The notes: generated by a model not told the origin, from the letters alone. 64,000 nucleotides of DNA from an uncultured virus (IMG/VR IMGVR_UViG_3300027668_000009) (IMGVR_UViG_3300027668_000009), one strand, 5' to 3'; positions 30,898 through 40,474 are shown, numbered from the stretch's first letter. Translations and numbers: made by a program.

Positions 30898-30986
30898 AGT
30901 TGTTCTCCATAGTCGTTAGTTTGGAACGACACCCATAAAAAAGGGTCTCTTTTTTATTTCAAGTGTAACTCCACTATTATTTAGGT

Positions 30987-31988
30987 CTAAAAGAAACTGT
31001 CCAGTGAACCTTTGTCTTCATACTTTCCAGCATGAGGGCCGATAGGGTTCTCTGTCTTTCCAGCTCTTCCTTTAGTTGCAACATGTTCATCACAATATGC
31101 AACACATGATAACCTTACTCCTTCACCAGTGATAGGGGTAACACCGTGCAATTCATTTGAATCTGCAATCAGTACGTCTCCATCATCTGCTTCAATAGCA
31201 ATACCATATCTAGGGAAACATAAGTATGCACCCCCAAATTCTCCAATACGGAAGACACACATAGTTGTCATTCCGAACTCTAAATCTTTACCATCCAAAT
31301 GTGCAGACATCTTTACAGTGCCACCAGTTGAATACTTGTTTGCAGATAACGCTGTCATCGGTGAACCACCAATGTGATACTTCTCATCTATACACTCATC
31401 TGCAAAAGTTTTTTGTAAGTTGTATACTTCGGGAACTGCACTCTTCAATGCTTCTTCATTGACGTTTGCAATCTGTGATAAGGTTTCAAACTTTTCTGCG
31501 TTAGATTTCTTTTGCATCCAACCACTTGCCTTAATCATTCCTGTGAATCTGCCACGTTTATACCCGATTAGAACTGAATGAATCTCGTTTGCTTCTGCAA
31601 TACGATTGAACTCACCATTCTTCTTTAGTGGGTAATAACTGTTAGGTGTTCTTAGGACATAGTCCTTACCTTCGATTAATCCTTTTGCCTTCATATCTTC
31701 GTGGTCGATAGGCCCGGCTGCATTTGCTCTCATTGTAGATGTATCATCGATAGAGAACAAAGTATCTTTAACTGTTTGGTAAGTCTTACCTTTGTATGCA
31801 TTCTTTACAATACATGCAAGTAAGGTTTCACCCATAAGAGTACCATGTGGTTTATAGATTTTGATAACATCACCATCATATTCGATAGATGATATAACAG
31901 TATCATAGGAATCTTCGGTAAGATATTTACCGTTCCACTCTTTGAAGGTTTCTTTAAACCCTAAGTCTTTTGTTGCAGTGAATTCCAT
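30987..31988 (-). CDS. TET/JBP-family 2OG-Fe(II) dioxygenase
   Basis: SAHLDGKD (HxD), GGAYLCFPRYGIA, GDVLIAD..ELHGVTP, RLSCVAY; start at 31988 overlaps the MTase end. Confidence 0.8.
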   Translation of the reverse strand: MEFTATKDLGFKETFKEWNGKYLTEDSYDTVISSIEYDGDVIKIYKPHGTLMGETLLACIVKNAYKGKTYQTVKDTLFSIDDTSTMRANAAGPIDHEDMKAKGLIEGKDYVLRTPNSYYPLKKNGEFNRIAEANEIHSVLIGYKRGRFTGMIKASGWMQKKSNAEKFETLSQIANVNEEALKSAVPEVYNLQKTFADECIDEKYHIGGSPMTALSANKYSTGGTVKMSAHLDGKDLEFGMTTMCVFRIGEFGGAYLCFPRYGIAIEADDGDVLIADSNELHGVTPITGEGVRLSCVAYCDEHVATKGRAGKTENPIGPHAGKYEDKGSLDSFF

Positions 31989-33247
31989 GGTTCTATTATT
32001 TGTCCTTTTATGCTTTGAACGAGGTAGTATAAACAAAGTGGTGCAACCATCAATCCGATTCTTGCTCCCTTGTCGTCGTAATCACCTGTCATTTTATAAT
32101 CATTAGGTAAAGTCATTATCCTTACCATTTCTTGAGGTGTATAAATTCTTTTACCACCATGGTGGAAATGATTACCACCCATAAACTTTGGTTGACACCC
32201 TGCTTCAGTCAATGAATGAGCTGGAAGATGTTTAGGAACGATTCTTGACATGTAGTAAGAATGTTTCTCATCTTCGGGTTTGATATGTCCAAGTCTAATG
32301 TTCTCTTGGAACCATGGTTTTACGATATGGTCTCCGATAGATGTATATGCTTGGTTCTCTCTTTCTTTAAGTACAGGGGTGAGTCCAAGACATGGAGTAC
32401 ACTCTGCAAATTCTTCCTTTGGGTGTACATCAAATCCATTTACCCAATGTCCTTTGGAAGATTCATCCATTGCAGTTTCTAAATAAGCTGCATCAATAAT
32501 GTTCTGTTCGTCTGTTTCTAAATCGTGAATTGCATCTTCAATGGATGCAAATTCTTTTACTGGGTCGGGGAAAACTGAAGACATGCACATCCAAGGCATT
32601 CCAATTCCTTCTAGTACATCATCACGTACACCAACCATGAATACTCTTTCTCTCTTCTGAGGTACACCATGCTGATGTCCCTTCATAACTTTCCAAGTCA
32701 CTGAGTATCCTAGTGCTTCGAAGTCGTTTACCATCCTGTTTAGATGGTCTCTTGCATAGTCCATTGAAAGACCCTTCACGTTCTCACATATTATAACTTT
32801 AGGCATTAACCCTTCGGCAATCCTAATCATTTCCCATGTAAGGTCTTCAATGTTCTGTTGCTTCATACCATAAGCCATCTTCTCTTTGTTCCAACCTTCT
32901 TTCTTGGAACCTGCCATAGAAAATGGTGGACAAGGTGGTGACCCATCCATGATATCTAATTCGTATTTCTTAAGTCCACTAAGCTCCATGATACCTTCTG
33001 CAGTGACTTCTTTGATGTCTCTACATTCGTGTACTGTGTTAGGGAAGTTTTCTAGGTAGGTGTCAACATGTAACTGTTGGAACTCGTTCATGTAACGAAC
33101 GTCACCACCTGCTAGTTTGTAACCACATGAAGAACCCCCACCACCAGCAAAGAAAGTAATGTAATTAAACTGTTTACTTTCACTGTTACGGTGAAGGTCT
33201 TCTAGGTTGTATTGAAAATATTTATTATCACTCATCATAGACTCCAT
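31961..33247 (-). CDS. DNA (cytosine-5) methyltransferase
   Basis: FAGGGG (motif I), GSPPC (IV), ENV (VI), PQKRER (VIII), motifs IX/X. Confidence 0.93.
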   Translation of the reverse strand: MESMMSDNKYFQYNLEDLHRNSESKQFNYITFFAGGGGSSCGYKLAGGDVRYMNEFQQLHVDTYLENFPNTVHECRDIKEVTAEGIMELSGLKKYELDIMDGSPPCPPFSMAGSKKEGWNKEKMAYGMKQQNIEDLTWEMIRIAEGLMPKVIICENVKGLSMDYARDHLNRMVNDFEALGYSVTWKVMKGHQHGVPQKRERVFMVGVRDDVLEGIGMPWMCMSSVFPDPVKEFASIEDAIHDLETDEQNIIDAAYLETAMDESSKGHWVNGFDVHPKEEFAECTPCLGLTPVLKERENQAYTSIGDHIVKPWFQENIRLGHIKPEDEKHSYYMSRIVPKHLPAHSLTEAGCQPKFMGGNHFHHGGKRIYTPQEMVRIMTLPNDYKMTGDYDDKGARIGLMVAPLCLYYLVQSIKGQIIEPWNSLQQKT

Positions 33248-33283
33248 TATACTATATTTAGCACAACTCTGTCAAGGCGATTT

Positions 33284-33808
33284 CTAAAGATTTTTCAATA
33301 TATTTTCAGGGCTTGAAACTTCATAAGGGTCGGACTCTGCATTATCAGTGTATCCTTCTTCAATGAATGCTTTTTCAATTACACCATCGTTAACAACGAC
33401 TGCATATCTCCAAGACCTATATCCGAAACCAAGATTTGATTTAGAACATTCTGCACCAATCAAATGTGTGAACTCACCATTACCATCGGGTAGTGGGTAA
33501 ACATTCTTGATACCTAATGATTCAAACCATGTGTTCATAACGAATGTATCGTTAACTGAAACACAATAAATCTCATCGATTCCTTTTGCTCTGAACTCTT
33601 CGAATTTCTCTTCAAAGCCAGGCAGTTGTTGTGTAGAACATGTTGGTGTGAATGCGCCAGGCAATCCAAATATGATTACTCTTTTACCAGCAAACTGTTC
33701 TTTAGTGTCTAGTGATACAAACTCACCGTCAATTCTCTGAGGTATAATTACTTCGGGAACTGTTGTAGTCCCTTCGATAATTTCTAATCCCATTGTTACT
33801 TCTGTCAT
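33284..33808 (-). CDS. peroxiredoxin (Prx5-type)
   Basis: LPGAFTPTCS, SVNDTFVM, RSWRYA. Confidence 0.93.
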   Translation of the reverse strand: MTEVTMGLEIIEGTTTVPEVIIPQRIDGEFVSLDTKEQFAGKRVIIFGLPGAFTPTCSTQQLPGFEEKFEEFRAKGIDEIYCVSVNDTFVMNTWFESLGIKNVYPLPDGNGEFTHLIGAECSKSNLGFGYRSWRYAVVVNDGVIEKAFIEEGYTDNAESDPYEVSSPENILKNL

Positions 33809-33839
33809 AATCTATACTCCATAATAAATAGATACACCC

Positions 33840-33868
33840 ATTGTAACATCAATGAGTATATCTTTCAA
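33840..33868 (-). promoter_or_regulatory. sigma70-like promoter of the peroxiredoxin gene
   Basis: TTGAAA-17-TACAAT. Confidence 0.5.
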
Positions 33869-33877
33869 GGGGGTTTC

Positions 33878-34315
33878 TTAAGAAATTTTGATTTCTTGAG
33901 GTTTATCTTCTTCGGGTATAATCCTTTCTAAAGACACACTCAAAATACCATTCTTCATGTCTGCACCTTTAACGACAATGTCGTCTGCAAGTGTGAATGT
34001 TCTTTTGAATGAACGAGATGCAAGTCCTCTATGGACATACTCAAGTTCTTCTCCACCCTTTTGTTTACCTTCGATAAGAAGTACATTTTTCTCTTTTGAG
34101 ATTGTGATATCTTTCTTATCAAATCCAGCCAGTGCAAGTTCGATACTGAAGTTCTCTGCATCGTGTTTTACAATATTGTAAGGTGGATAGTTTGTATTAG
34201 TCGGTGACTGATTGGCACGTTCTAATAGTTGAAGAGTTCTGTCGAACCCGATTGCGAATGGGAATTCTTTCCCGAAATTGAAGATGTCGAAATCTCCGAG
34301 CTGTTTACTTGTCAT
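33878..34315 (-). CDS. hsp20: small heat shock protein (IbpA-like Hsp20)
   Basis: IGFDR, NYPPYNI, ALAGF, HRGLASRSF, NGIL, IPEEDKP. Confidence 0.95.
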   Translation of the reverse strand: MTSKQLGDFDIFNFGKEFPFAIGFDRTLQLLERANQSPTNTNYPPYNIVKHDAENFSIELALAGFDKKDITISKEKNVLLIEGKQKGGEELEYVHRGLASRSFKRTFTLADDIVVKGADMKNGILSVSLERIIPEEDKPQEIKIS

Positions 34316-34322
34316 AGTGTTT

Positions 34323-34370
34323 CTCCTTTATTAAGCAAGTTATGTTATGTAACCCCTAATGGGCATTACA
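34323..34370 (-). promoter_or_regulatory. ROSE-like RNA thermometer in the hsp20 leader
   Basis: CUUGCUU pairs with the SD AAGGAG with a bulged G; upstream hairpin UGUAAUGCCC/GGGGUUACA. Confidence 0.65.
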
Positions 34371-34374
34371 ATAG

Positions 34375-34382
34375 TATTTATA
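34375..34382 (-). promoter_or_regulatory. T4-type late promoter
   Basis: TATAAATA upstream of hsp20. Confidence 0.65.
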
Positions 34383-34386
34383 GCAT

Positions 34387-34414
34387 ATATGGGGACGAAT
34401 TTAAAAACTTCAAG
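34387..34414 (-). promoter_or_regulatory. sigma32 (RpoH)-type promoter
   Basis: CTTGAA-14-CCCCATAT matches the RpoH consensus, upstream of hsp20. Confidence 0.75.
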
Positions 34415-36287
34415 TCTTTTTAAGTAATCTAGTTTTACCATCGAATAATGGTGCATAGATTTTGACTGGTATCTCCTTACCTTTAACCTTGATTTCGTCG
34501 ATGAACTTCCAGTCAATATCGATTTGGTCTTTGGTAAACTCTGAGAATAGAATTGGAGTATCGTATTGTCTAGTCTGAACTTCAAGTCTGGCTGCAAGGT
34601 TGACTGCATCACCGACCACTGAGTAATCGAACCTAAGTTCTGACCCCATATTACCTACGATACATGGGCCTGTGTTGACCCCTGTGCCGATTACAACTGG
34701 TGGTAGGTCTAATCCTTCCTCTACAATATCCTTATTCATCTGTTCAGTAAGTATCTCTATTTCCATTGCAGTTCTGATAGCCATCTCTGCATGGTTCGGA
34801 CAATCCAAAGGAGCATTCCAAAATGCCATTAGACAATCGCCCATATATTTGTCGACGGTTCCACCGTTCTTGATTACTATCTTAGTCATACCATCGAGGA
34901 ATCTATTGATGAGTAGGACTAATCCCTCGGGGTCATCGTTTTTCATGTAAGCTTCACTGATTGGAGTGAATCCTACGATGTCTGCGAAGAGGAATGAAAG
35001 TTCCTTTCTGTCTCCACCTAATCGTAATTTAGAGGGGTCTTTTTGTAGCTCTTCAATCATGTCGGGAGATAAATACTTTTGGAACTGCTTCTTGATTTGT
35101 TGCTTTTCTTGGAAAGTCACATAGTATTTGTTAAACGAAGCATGACCGAAAACTACTAAGGAGGCCAACGATGAAAAGAAGGTATCGAAAAGAACGAGCT
35201 CTGAAGTCCAAATATAATAACTCCCGCCAATCTGGCATACTACAAGTAATAGAAACCCTGTCCCCGAAAGAACTGTGGGAAGCTTGTAAACCATCGCAAG
35301 TATCATTAGCAAAACTATCAGAAGAAGAGCAGTCTCTAGTGATTCAAGATAGTAGGATTGTTGTATTTGAACTCCTGTCAAAACGGTTTGAAGCAGGTTC
35401 GCTTGCACTTCGTGGGGATACATTACACCCCTTGGGGTTGAAACTGGATTATTCAAACCCTCTGCGGTTAGACCCCATACAAGTATTTTATTCTCAACAT
35501 TAGAATCGGGTAAGTCTACAGCAGAAATCCTTTGGAAAGTGTTCCAATAGGATATCATTACGTCACTGGTTGGAGTGGTGGTTATCGGTTTGTCTCTTCC
35601 CATCCGAACCCACTCCACTCCAGTCTCGGGTGTGATTCTAGTTTGATAACTTGGTTGTTCTCTAAGGGCTCTTAAAGCTTCTAACATTAGTGAGGGGTAC
35701 ACTTCACCGTTTGCCGTAACCAATAGTGGTACAGACCGCGTGGTACCGTCAAAATTGGGTGTTCCAGTGACCGCTGGGGTAGCCGTCACAACTCCAACTC
35801 CATAGGTGTTACTCATCAAAATTTCAATCGGACTAACAATCCCATCGAAGTTCCATAGAAAATCTTTAGGTTCCCCACCCCCAAACGTTGAGTTACCAAC
35901 AAATGGTGCAGAACCTTTTTGAGTTTGTGAGGTTGGAGCAGCTCCGAGTATTGTGAGACGGTTTACTAATCCTTCTGCGAATACCGCGTCTTGTGTTGGG
36001 TCTCTATCGGGTTTTGAAAATAGCATACCAAAAATATGAGTGTTGCTATAATGGGTATTAAGAAGCAAGTCACGATAAATCCCACGACGAATAGGATACT
36101 GTCCGTAAGTTTCAAGAGATTTTTCGTCAATGTCGACGAGAATGATGTTATCGACATAGAATTCTTCCTGTTGTTGGTGTAAGTAATCGAACCATGACCA
36201 TGATATGTTCTCTATAAAATATGGGTTCCATATCTTAAGTGCAAAGAGAGCTAGTATAGTTACTAATACTGTTTTCCAAGTATACAT
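34410..36287 (-). CDS. CHASE2-domain class III adenylate cyclase
   Basis: VDIDEKSL..YGQYP, TP.G.MYPHEVQAN (CHASE2), three TM helices, FADIVGFT, DKYMGD, GNMGS..RFDYSVVGDAVNLAARLE. Confidence 0.92.
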   Translation of the reverse strand: MYTWKTVLVTILALFALKIWNPYFIENISWSWFDYLHQQQEEFYVDNIILVDIDEKSLETYGQYPIRRGIYRDLLLNTHYSNTHIFGMLFSKPDRDPTQDAVFAEGLVNRLTILGAAPTSQTQKGSAPFVGNSTFGGGEPKDFLWNFDGIVSPIEILMSNTYGVGVVTATPAVTGTPNFDGTTRSVPLLVTANGEVYPSLMLEALRALREQPSYQTRITPETGVEWVRMGRDKPITTTPTSDVMISYWNTFQRISAVDLPDSNVENKILVWGLTAEGLNNPVSTPRGVMYPHEVQANLLQTVLTGVQIQQSYYLESLETALLLIVLLMILAMVYKLPTVLSGTGFLLLVVCQIGGSYYIWTSELVLFDTFFSSLASLVVFGHASFNKYYVTFQEKQQIKKQFQKYLSPDMIEELQKDPSKLRLGGDRKELSFLFADIVGFTPISEAYMKNDDPEGLVLLINRFLDGMTKIVIKNGGTVDKYMGDCLMAFWNAPLDCPNHAEMAIRTAMEIEILTEQMNKDIVEEGLDLPPVVIGTGVNTGPCIVGNMGSELRFDYSVVGDAVNLAARLEVQTRQYDTPILFSEFTKDQIDIDWKFIDEIKVKGKEIPVKIYAPLFDGKTRLLKKT

Positions 36288-37091
36288 CTAGTTTTGTGTG
36301 ACTGATATATTACAACCACCTGCTGTTTGACAACTTTGAGTTAGTGTATAGTTTTGTACGCTATTACTTTGTTGAGTTAGATTTATGTTAGTTGAGTATG
36401 TTCCTGTTAGGGTTATGTTTGCGTTATGAGCTCCTGAACCACTTTGGGATATAGTACCTGTATTACCATCAACATATGATTTTAATGAAAGAGTTTTCTT
36501 TCCATCTGTTTCTTGGACTACATAAAATGAATTATCGTCTGCATACAAGTATACTGTAGCATCATGTTCTGAATAGGCATTATTGTTACCATTTCTTTGA
36601 TACCCTGCTAATGCATTATTACTACCGTGGATATCTAGAGTAAGTGTCACTCCACCACCTTCATCACCGTCACTAGTAAATGTAGTATCGGATGACCCAC
36701 TTAAAGTAACACCTTGACCCCATCGAACAGAATTACTGTCACCCAAGATATGAAAATCTATATTTGATTCTTTACATGAAGAACCCCTAGTGCAATTTTG
36801 TTCAAAGTGAAGTGAATTGGAATCACCATTTAAGTCTCCACCCGAACCTTGTTGAGTACCCCAAGTAGGAACAAAGGAAATAAAATTCTTGTTTCCTGTT
36901 TGTTTGATTAGTATTTGATTTGATGCACCACCTAGTGAAAAGATAGTGTCGTTGTTGAACCCAATTTGAGTTACATTGAAGACAAGATTGTCATTGGACT
37001 GACTCCCTGTCGTTTCCACATCAACCTTGTTGTTATCGTTTGCGACAACAAACAAGGGTAACATAATTAATAATGATAAAAACTTTTTCAT
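36288..37091 (-). CDS. curlin-like secreted repeat protein
   Basis: Signal peptide; N-x-hydrophobic-x-hydrophobic-x-Q-x-G repeats (TQIGFNN, KQTGNKN, SQSGSGAHN). Confidence 0.75.
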   Translation of the reverse strand: MKKFLSLLIMLPLFVVANDNNKVDVETTGSQSNDNLVFNVTQIGFNNDTIFSLGGASNQILIKQTGNKNFISFVPTWGTQQGSGGDLNGDSNSLHFEQNCTRGSSCKESNIDFHILGDSNSVRWGQGVTLSGSSDTTFTSDGDEGGGVTLTLDIHGSNNALAGYQRNGNNNAYSEHDATVYLYADDNSFYVVQETDGKKTLSLKSYVDGNTGTISQSGSGAHNANITLTGTYSTNINLTQQSNSVQNYTLTQSCQTAGGCNISVTQN

Positions 37092-37098
37092 AATCCTT

Positions 37099-37245
37099 TT
37101 AGATTAACCATTGAAACAATAAGCATAAAATAACTCCTTCAGAAAATGATAACCAATACATATGGTAATCATCTAGTCGCATAGCTTTTTGAAATCCAAA
37201 GATTTGGTTCTCATGCCATACACGGAATTTTTCTGATATGTTCAT
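37099..37245 (-). CDS. small membrane protein (48 aa, not in ORF track)
   Basis: AGGAG SD; MNISEKFRVWHENQ...YWLSFSEGVILCLLFQWLI. Confidence 0.6.
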   Translation of the reverse strand: MNISEKFRVWHENQIFGFQKAMRLDDYHMYWLSFSEGVILCLLFQWLI

Positions 37246-37253
37246 ATATTCTC

Positions 37254-38393
37254 CTAGTTTGTTTGTGTGATGGTAATATTTAGAGACGAACCATCACCCA
37301 CCTGTATTGATGACTCTTTTTCGTCTGTTATGGTTCTAATGGATGCTTGTGCAAACATCGGTAACTTAATAGATATAATTCCATTAACTTCCCTGTAGAA
37401 CCATATTTGACCAAGACCCTTGTCTACAATAGTAGAATATTGTGTGTCTTTGTCAAAGCCTGGCAGAGTTCCGTCAATACGAACCACTCCGAAGGCATTA
37501 GATTGTTGTCTGTCGAGACCAACCTTACGGTCAATGTCTAAAACTACATCTAATAAATCTTGTAAGAAATCGACATCAAGTAAATCTCTGTCGAGCTCTG
37601 TGTATTCTAACTCATCATCTTCAAAGTACTGTTCTTCCAAGTCATTAAACTCTAGGAAGTCCACGTCAAGAACGTTACTTGTATCGTTCTCTTTACTACT
37701 CTGTTCTTCTGCAACCTGTTTGTTCACCTCTTCGGGTGGACTGACAATGAATAAGTTGTCAATCAAGTTGGGTGTAATTCCATTAACCACTATTGGTTTA
37801 GTTGGTGAATCATCGTATGTAGAAACCATTGTTGCTTGATACGCTTCATCCAATAATACCTGTCCGCCTGCATTACTAACTAGGATACTTCCCGAAGGAG
37901 CTCCCCATTTATCGGGTAGCAGTATCACAAGTGACCTTCCGATTTCATCAATAGATGTTGTGAAGTCGGTGCCGTTAACTGTTATCTGTGCAGTCGGTGT
38001 AGTTATATTTATGTTAGCTTTCTTAATCTTTCCACCAAAACCCGAAGCAAATCGAGCGGTGCCTTGTGCCATACGAATGGCCATCTTGGACTTTGAAGGG
38101 TCGGGGTCATAGTAAACCTCGTCTATCCATACCTTTGAATGTTCTGTTAAATCCAGTTGTTCCGTACCTTGGAATTGGATTTTCATTCTGCCGTTCTGAG
38201 TCTGTGCTGTATCATACATCAGCACATCGGATTCATCTGTTGCAGATATCACGGAAGTTTCTCCGTCTCTCTGAAGACCAGCTGAACCCTTGTATTCGAT
38301 AATCTGACCTATCGGTTCACCATATGATAGTGAACTGATAAGTAAGAGATTAACTATCGTTGTCGTCTTTCTGAATAATGTCGATGTTAGCAT
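37254..38393 (-). CDS. FecR-domain protein
   Basis: IG.I....G, D...T..GRM.I.F, L.E.S...ID, I.TPTAQI.V.GTDF; exact start uncertain. Confidence 0.8.
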   Translation of the reverse strand: MLTSTLFRKTTTIVNLLLISSLSYGEPIGQIIEYKGSAGLQRDGETSVISATDESDVLMYDTAQTQNGRMKIQFQGTEQLDLTEHSKVWIDEVYYDPDPSKSKMAIRMAQGTARFASGFGGKIKKANINITTPTAQITVNGTDFTTSIDEIGRSLVILLPDKWGAPSGSILVSNAGGQVLLDEAYQATMVSTYDDSPTKPIVVNGITPNLIDNLFIVSPPEEVNKQVAEEQSSKENDTSNVLDVDFLEFNDLEEQYFEDDELEYTELDRDLLDVDFLQDLLDVVLDIDRKVGLDRQQSNAFGVVRIDGTLPGFDKDTQYSTIVDKGLGQIWFYREVNGIISIKLPMFAQASIRTITDEKESSIQVGDGSSLNITITQTN

Positions 38394-39081
38394 TAGAGGT
38401 CACAAATGATACGTCAATGATACCACTACAAGATTGACCACTCGGACAACTTGTATCTGAACCACTCTTCTGAATGATATCAATATCATTGCCTGAACCA
38501 GTTAAGATTGCAGTGATTTTATTATCAGTCGCGTCAGCTTGAATGGTATTAATGTCGTTTGATGAACCACTTACAGTCCAGTTCCAAACAGCATTATCCG
38601 AATCAACTTTGGTTGTGAATACGTTACTTGAACCACCTACTACTAAGTCCCAGTTTAAGTATTCTGCTGATGCAGTGTAACCGACATCTATATCAAACGT
38701 GTTAGATGAACCTGTTACAGCACCTGCCATGTTTAAGTTGTCTGCACTACCTTGATAACCTATGTTCCAATCCATTGAGTTCGAACCACCAGTAAATGTT
38801 AAATTTACTGTTGAACTATCTGCAATGAAAGGGCCGTATAGTTTGTTGACATCACCAAATTGTACTAGTGTGAAACTGTTGTTTGCACCAGTAAGAATCA
38901 TGTCAGCAGATGTTCCCGAGAAATTATCTAAACCGACTTTGTTTCCGTAACCTTTCTGAGTGAAGTTCAACGTTAGGGCTGTACCACTTTGTTGTAACCA
39001 TATTTCGTTATCGTCTGCTCCTGCAAATGCAGTAGTCGATAATCCTAATGTTAACATAATCAATAATAATTTATTCTTCAT
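38350..39081 (-). CDS. curlin-like secreted repeat protein
   Basis: Signal peptide (AFA); DNEIWLQQSG, TQKGYGN, VQFGDVN and multiple GSSN repeats. Confidence 0.8.
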   Translation of the reverse strand: MKNKLLLIMLTLGLSTTAFAGADDNEIWLQQSGTALTLNFTQKGYGNKVGLDNFSGTSADMILTGANNSFTLVQFGDVNKLYGPFIADSSTVNLTFTGGSNSMDWNIGYQGSADNLNMAGAVTGSSNTFDIDVGYTASAEYLNWDLVVGGSSNVFTTKVDSDNAVWNWTVSGSSNDINTIQADATDNKITAILTGSGNDIDIIQKSGSDTSCPSGQSCSGIIDVSFVTSNANIDIIQKDDNDS

Positions 39082-39979
39082 GTTTTTCTCCTATTGAATG
39101 TAACTCGTTTCTTCCATGTGTTCCATGGGGGTGACGATGTTCATCTTTAATTACCCAAAAACTTCTATCGTGTCCTTGGTATATTAGTTCTAGAACGGCA
39201 AGTTCAATTGCTGAACGTGTTGCTTTCGTAACACCTTCATTTTCTGCTCTGCCATCTTCCATTTCAATTAACTTCGTATCCATATCAACGAAGCGGAATA
39301 CATCATAACCACCACCTGTACTTAGAATCGTTTTCTGAGTCTGTACATTCAGTAAAATCTCACCAGTTAAAGTTGATATTCCTCTCAACGATACGGTGAT
39401 AACATCCCTACGATATGAAATAGAACTGCCAATACCTAAGTATCTTGCGCCTCTTCCACCGCTTTCGATGTTCGAATCATAACCAATAATCCCACCTTCC
39501 AGTAGGATTCCTGCGAAGAGCAAGGGTTGAATTCCTGTTGGGGAACCCTCATTACCTTCCTGTTCTGCAAAACTTTCTCTAGTAGAACGAATGATTTGAC
39601 GCTCTCTTACTAGTGCATCTAAACTTGTTCTCTCTACTACTCTAAACCATTTACCCTTCCCTGCTGTCTTAAGTGCATCAATCAAAAATGATTCAGCTCC
39701 TTGTGTGACTGCAGTGGAGAAAGATGCAATTCCATCTTTACTCTTACGTTGTCCTGTCTTATCCATGAAAGCGTAGACTGCAACGACTGGCATTACATCT
39801 GCTGGTGGTAACAGTAACAACTCTTTATAAGTAGGTATATTTACTACTTCTGCCTTCTCAATGCACTCACCCACCTTACTCATTACAAGAGAGGTGCAAC
39901 TGTCGGTCATAGACGGAATACTTGCACACCCAGTGGTGAACAAGACCGTTATCAGTCCTATAATTGCCCATTGCTTCAT
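39071..39979 (-). CDS. csgG: curli secretion channel lipoprotein
   Basis: Lipobox TTG-C; VAVYAF.DKTGQRK, FSTAVTQG, WFRVVER..L..L..ERQIIR, EGGIIGYD. Confidence 0.93.
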   Translation of the reverse strand: MKQWAIIGLITVLFTTGCASIPSMTDSCTSLVMSKVGECIEKAEVVNIPTYKELLLLPPADVMPVVAVYAFMDKTGQRKSKDGIASFSTAVTQGAESFLIDALKTAGKGKWFRVVERTSLDALVRERQIIRSTRESFAEQEGNEGSPTGIQPLLFAGILLEGGIIGYDSNIESGGRGARYLGIGSSISYRRDVITVSLRGISTLTGEILLNVQTQKTILSTGGGYDVFRFVDMDTKLIEMEDGRAENEGVTKATRSAIELAVLELIYQGHDRSFWVIKDEHRHPHGTHGRNELHSIGEKHEE

Positions 39980-40474
39980 TTAGAAACTTCCTGTACCAAC
40001 TGGTATATCTAAAATCGTTGTTGTCCCATCCTCGGTCACTATCGTTAATCGAATGAAGTCTACTCCATCCTCTCCAGTCATCCTTTCATATGTGACTGTA
40101 TTACCTTCCATTACGAAAGTACCGTAGGCAGCTGCTGTTCCGTTAGAGAACATGTTCTCTACTAACTGTTTTGCTAACTGAGCATAAATTCTGCTCTCTA
40201 CGTTTCTTAAAAATTTTGCAAGTGTTGTGTTCTGTGCTTCTCTGTCTGCCTTTGCAATGGCATCTTCTAAATCTTGTTTTATCTTATCACGTCTAGACTT
40301 CTCTTGATTTTCTATAGTCAAATAGTGAGCAGATATCCCTATCCCATTAAAGGATGGACTCTTAAACTTGTGTACTATCTCGTCTGCATTGGCATAGTTG
40401 ATACCAAGACCACATGCTGTTACCAACATTATTAGTCTTACAACGTGCAATTTACTTTCTATTTTTCTCAACAT
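39980..40474 (-). CDS. csgF: curli assembly protein
   Basis: Signal peptide followed by EIVHKFKSPSFNG (CsgF N-terminal F.NP.F.G-like); ESRIYAQL; adjacent to csgG. Confidence 0.8.
   Translation of the reverse strand: MLRKIESKLHVVRLIMLVTACGLGINYANADEIVHKFKSPSFNGIGISAHYLTIENQEKSRRDKIKQDLEDAIAKADREAQNTTLAKFLRNVESRIYAQLAKQLVENMFSNGTAAAYGTFVMEGNTVTYERMTGEDGVDFIRLTIVTEDGTTTILDIPVGTGSF

Noticed and set aside
30912..30957. Two small inverted repeats upstream of the ParB-like gene
   Set aside because: The stems are short or almost entirely A/T, too weak to call a terminator or operator.
34340..34612. 90-aa minus-strand ORF overlapping the cyclase end
   Set aside because: It is an alternative frame over the cyclase and the hsp20 regulatory region, with no support.
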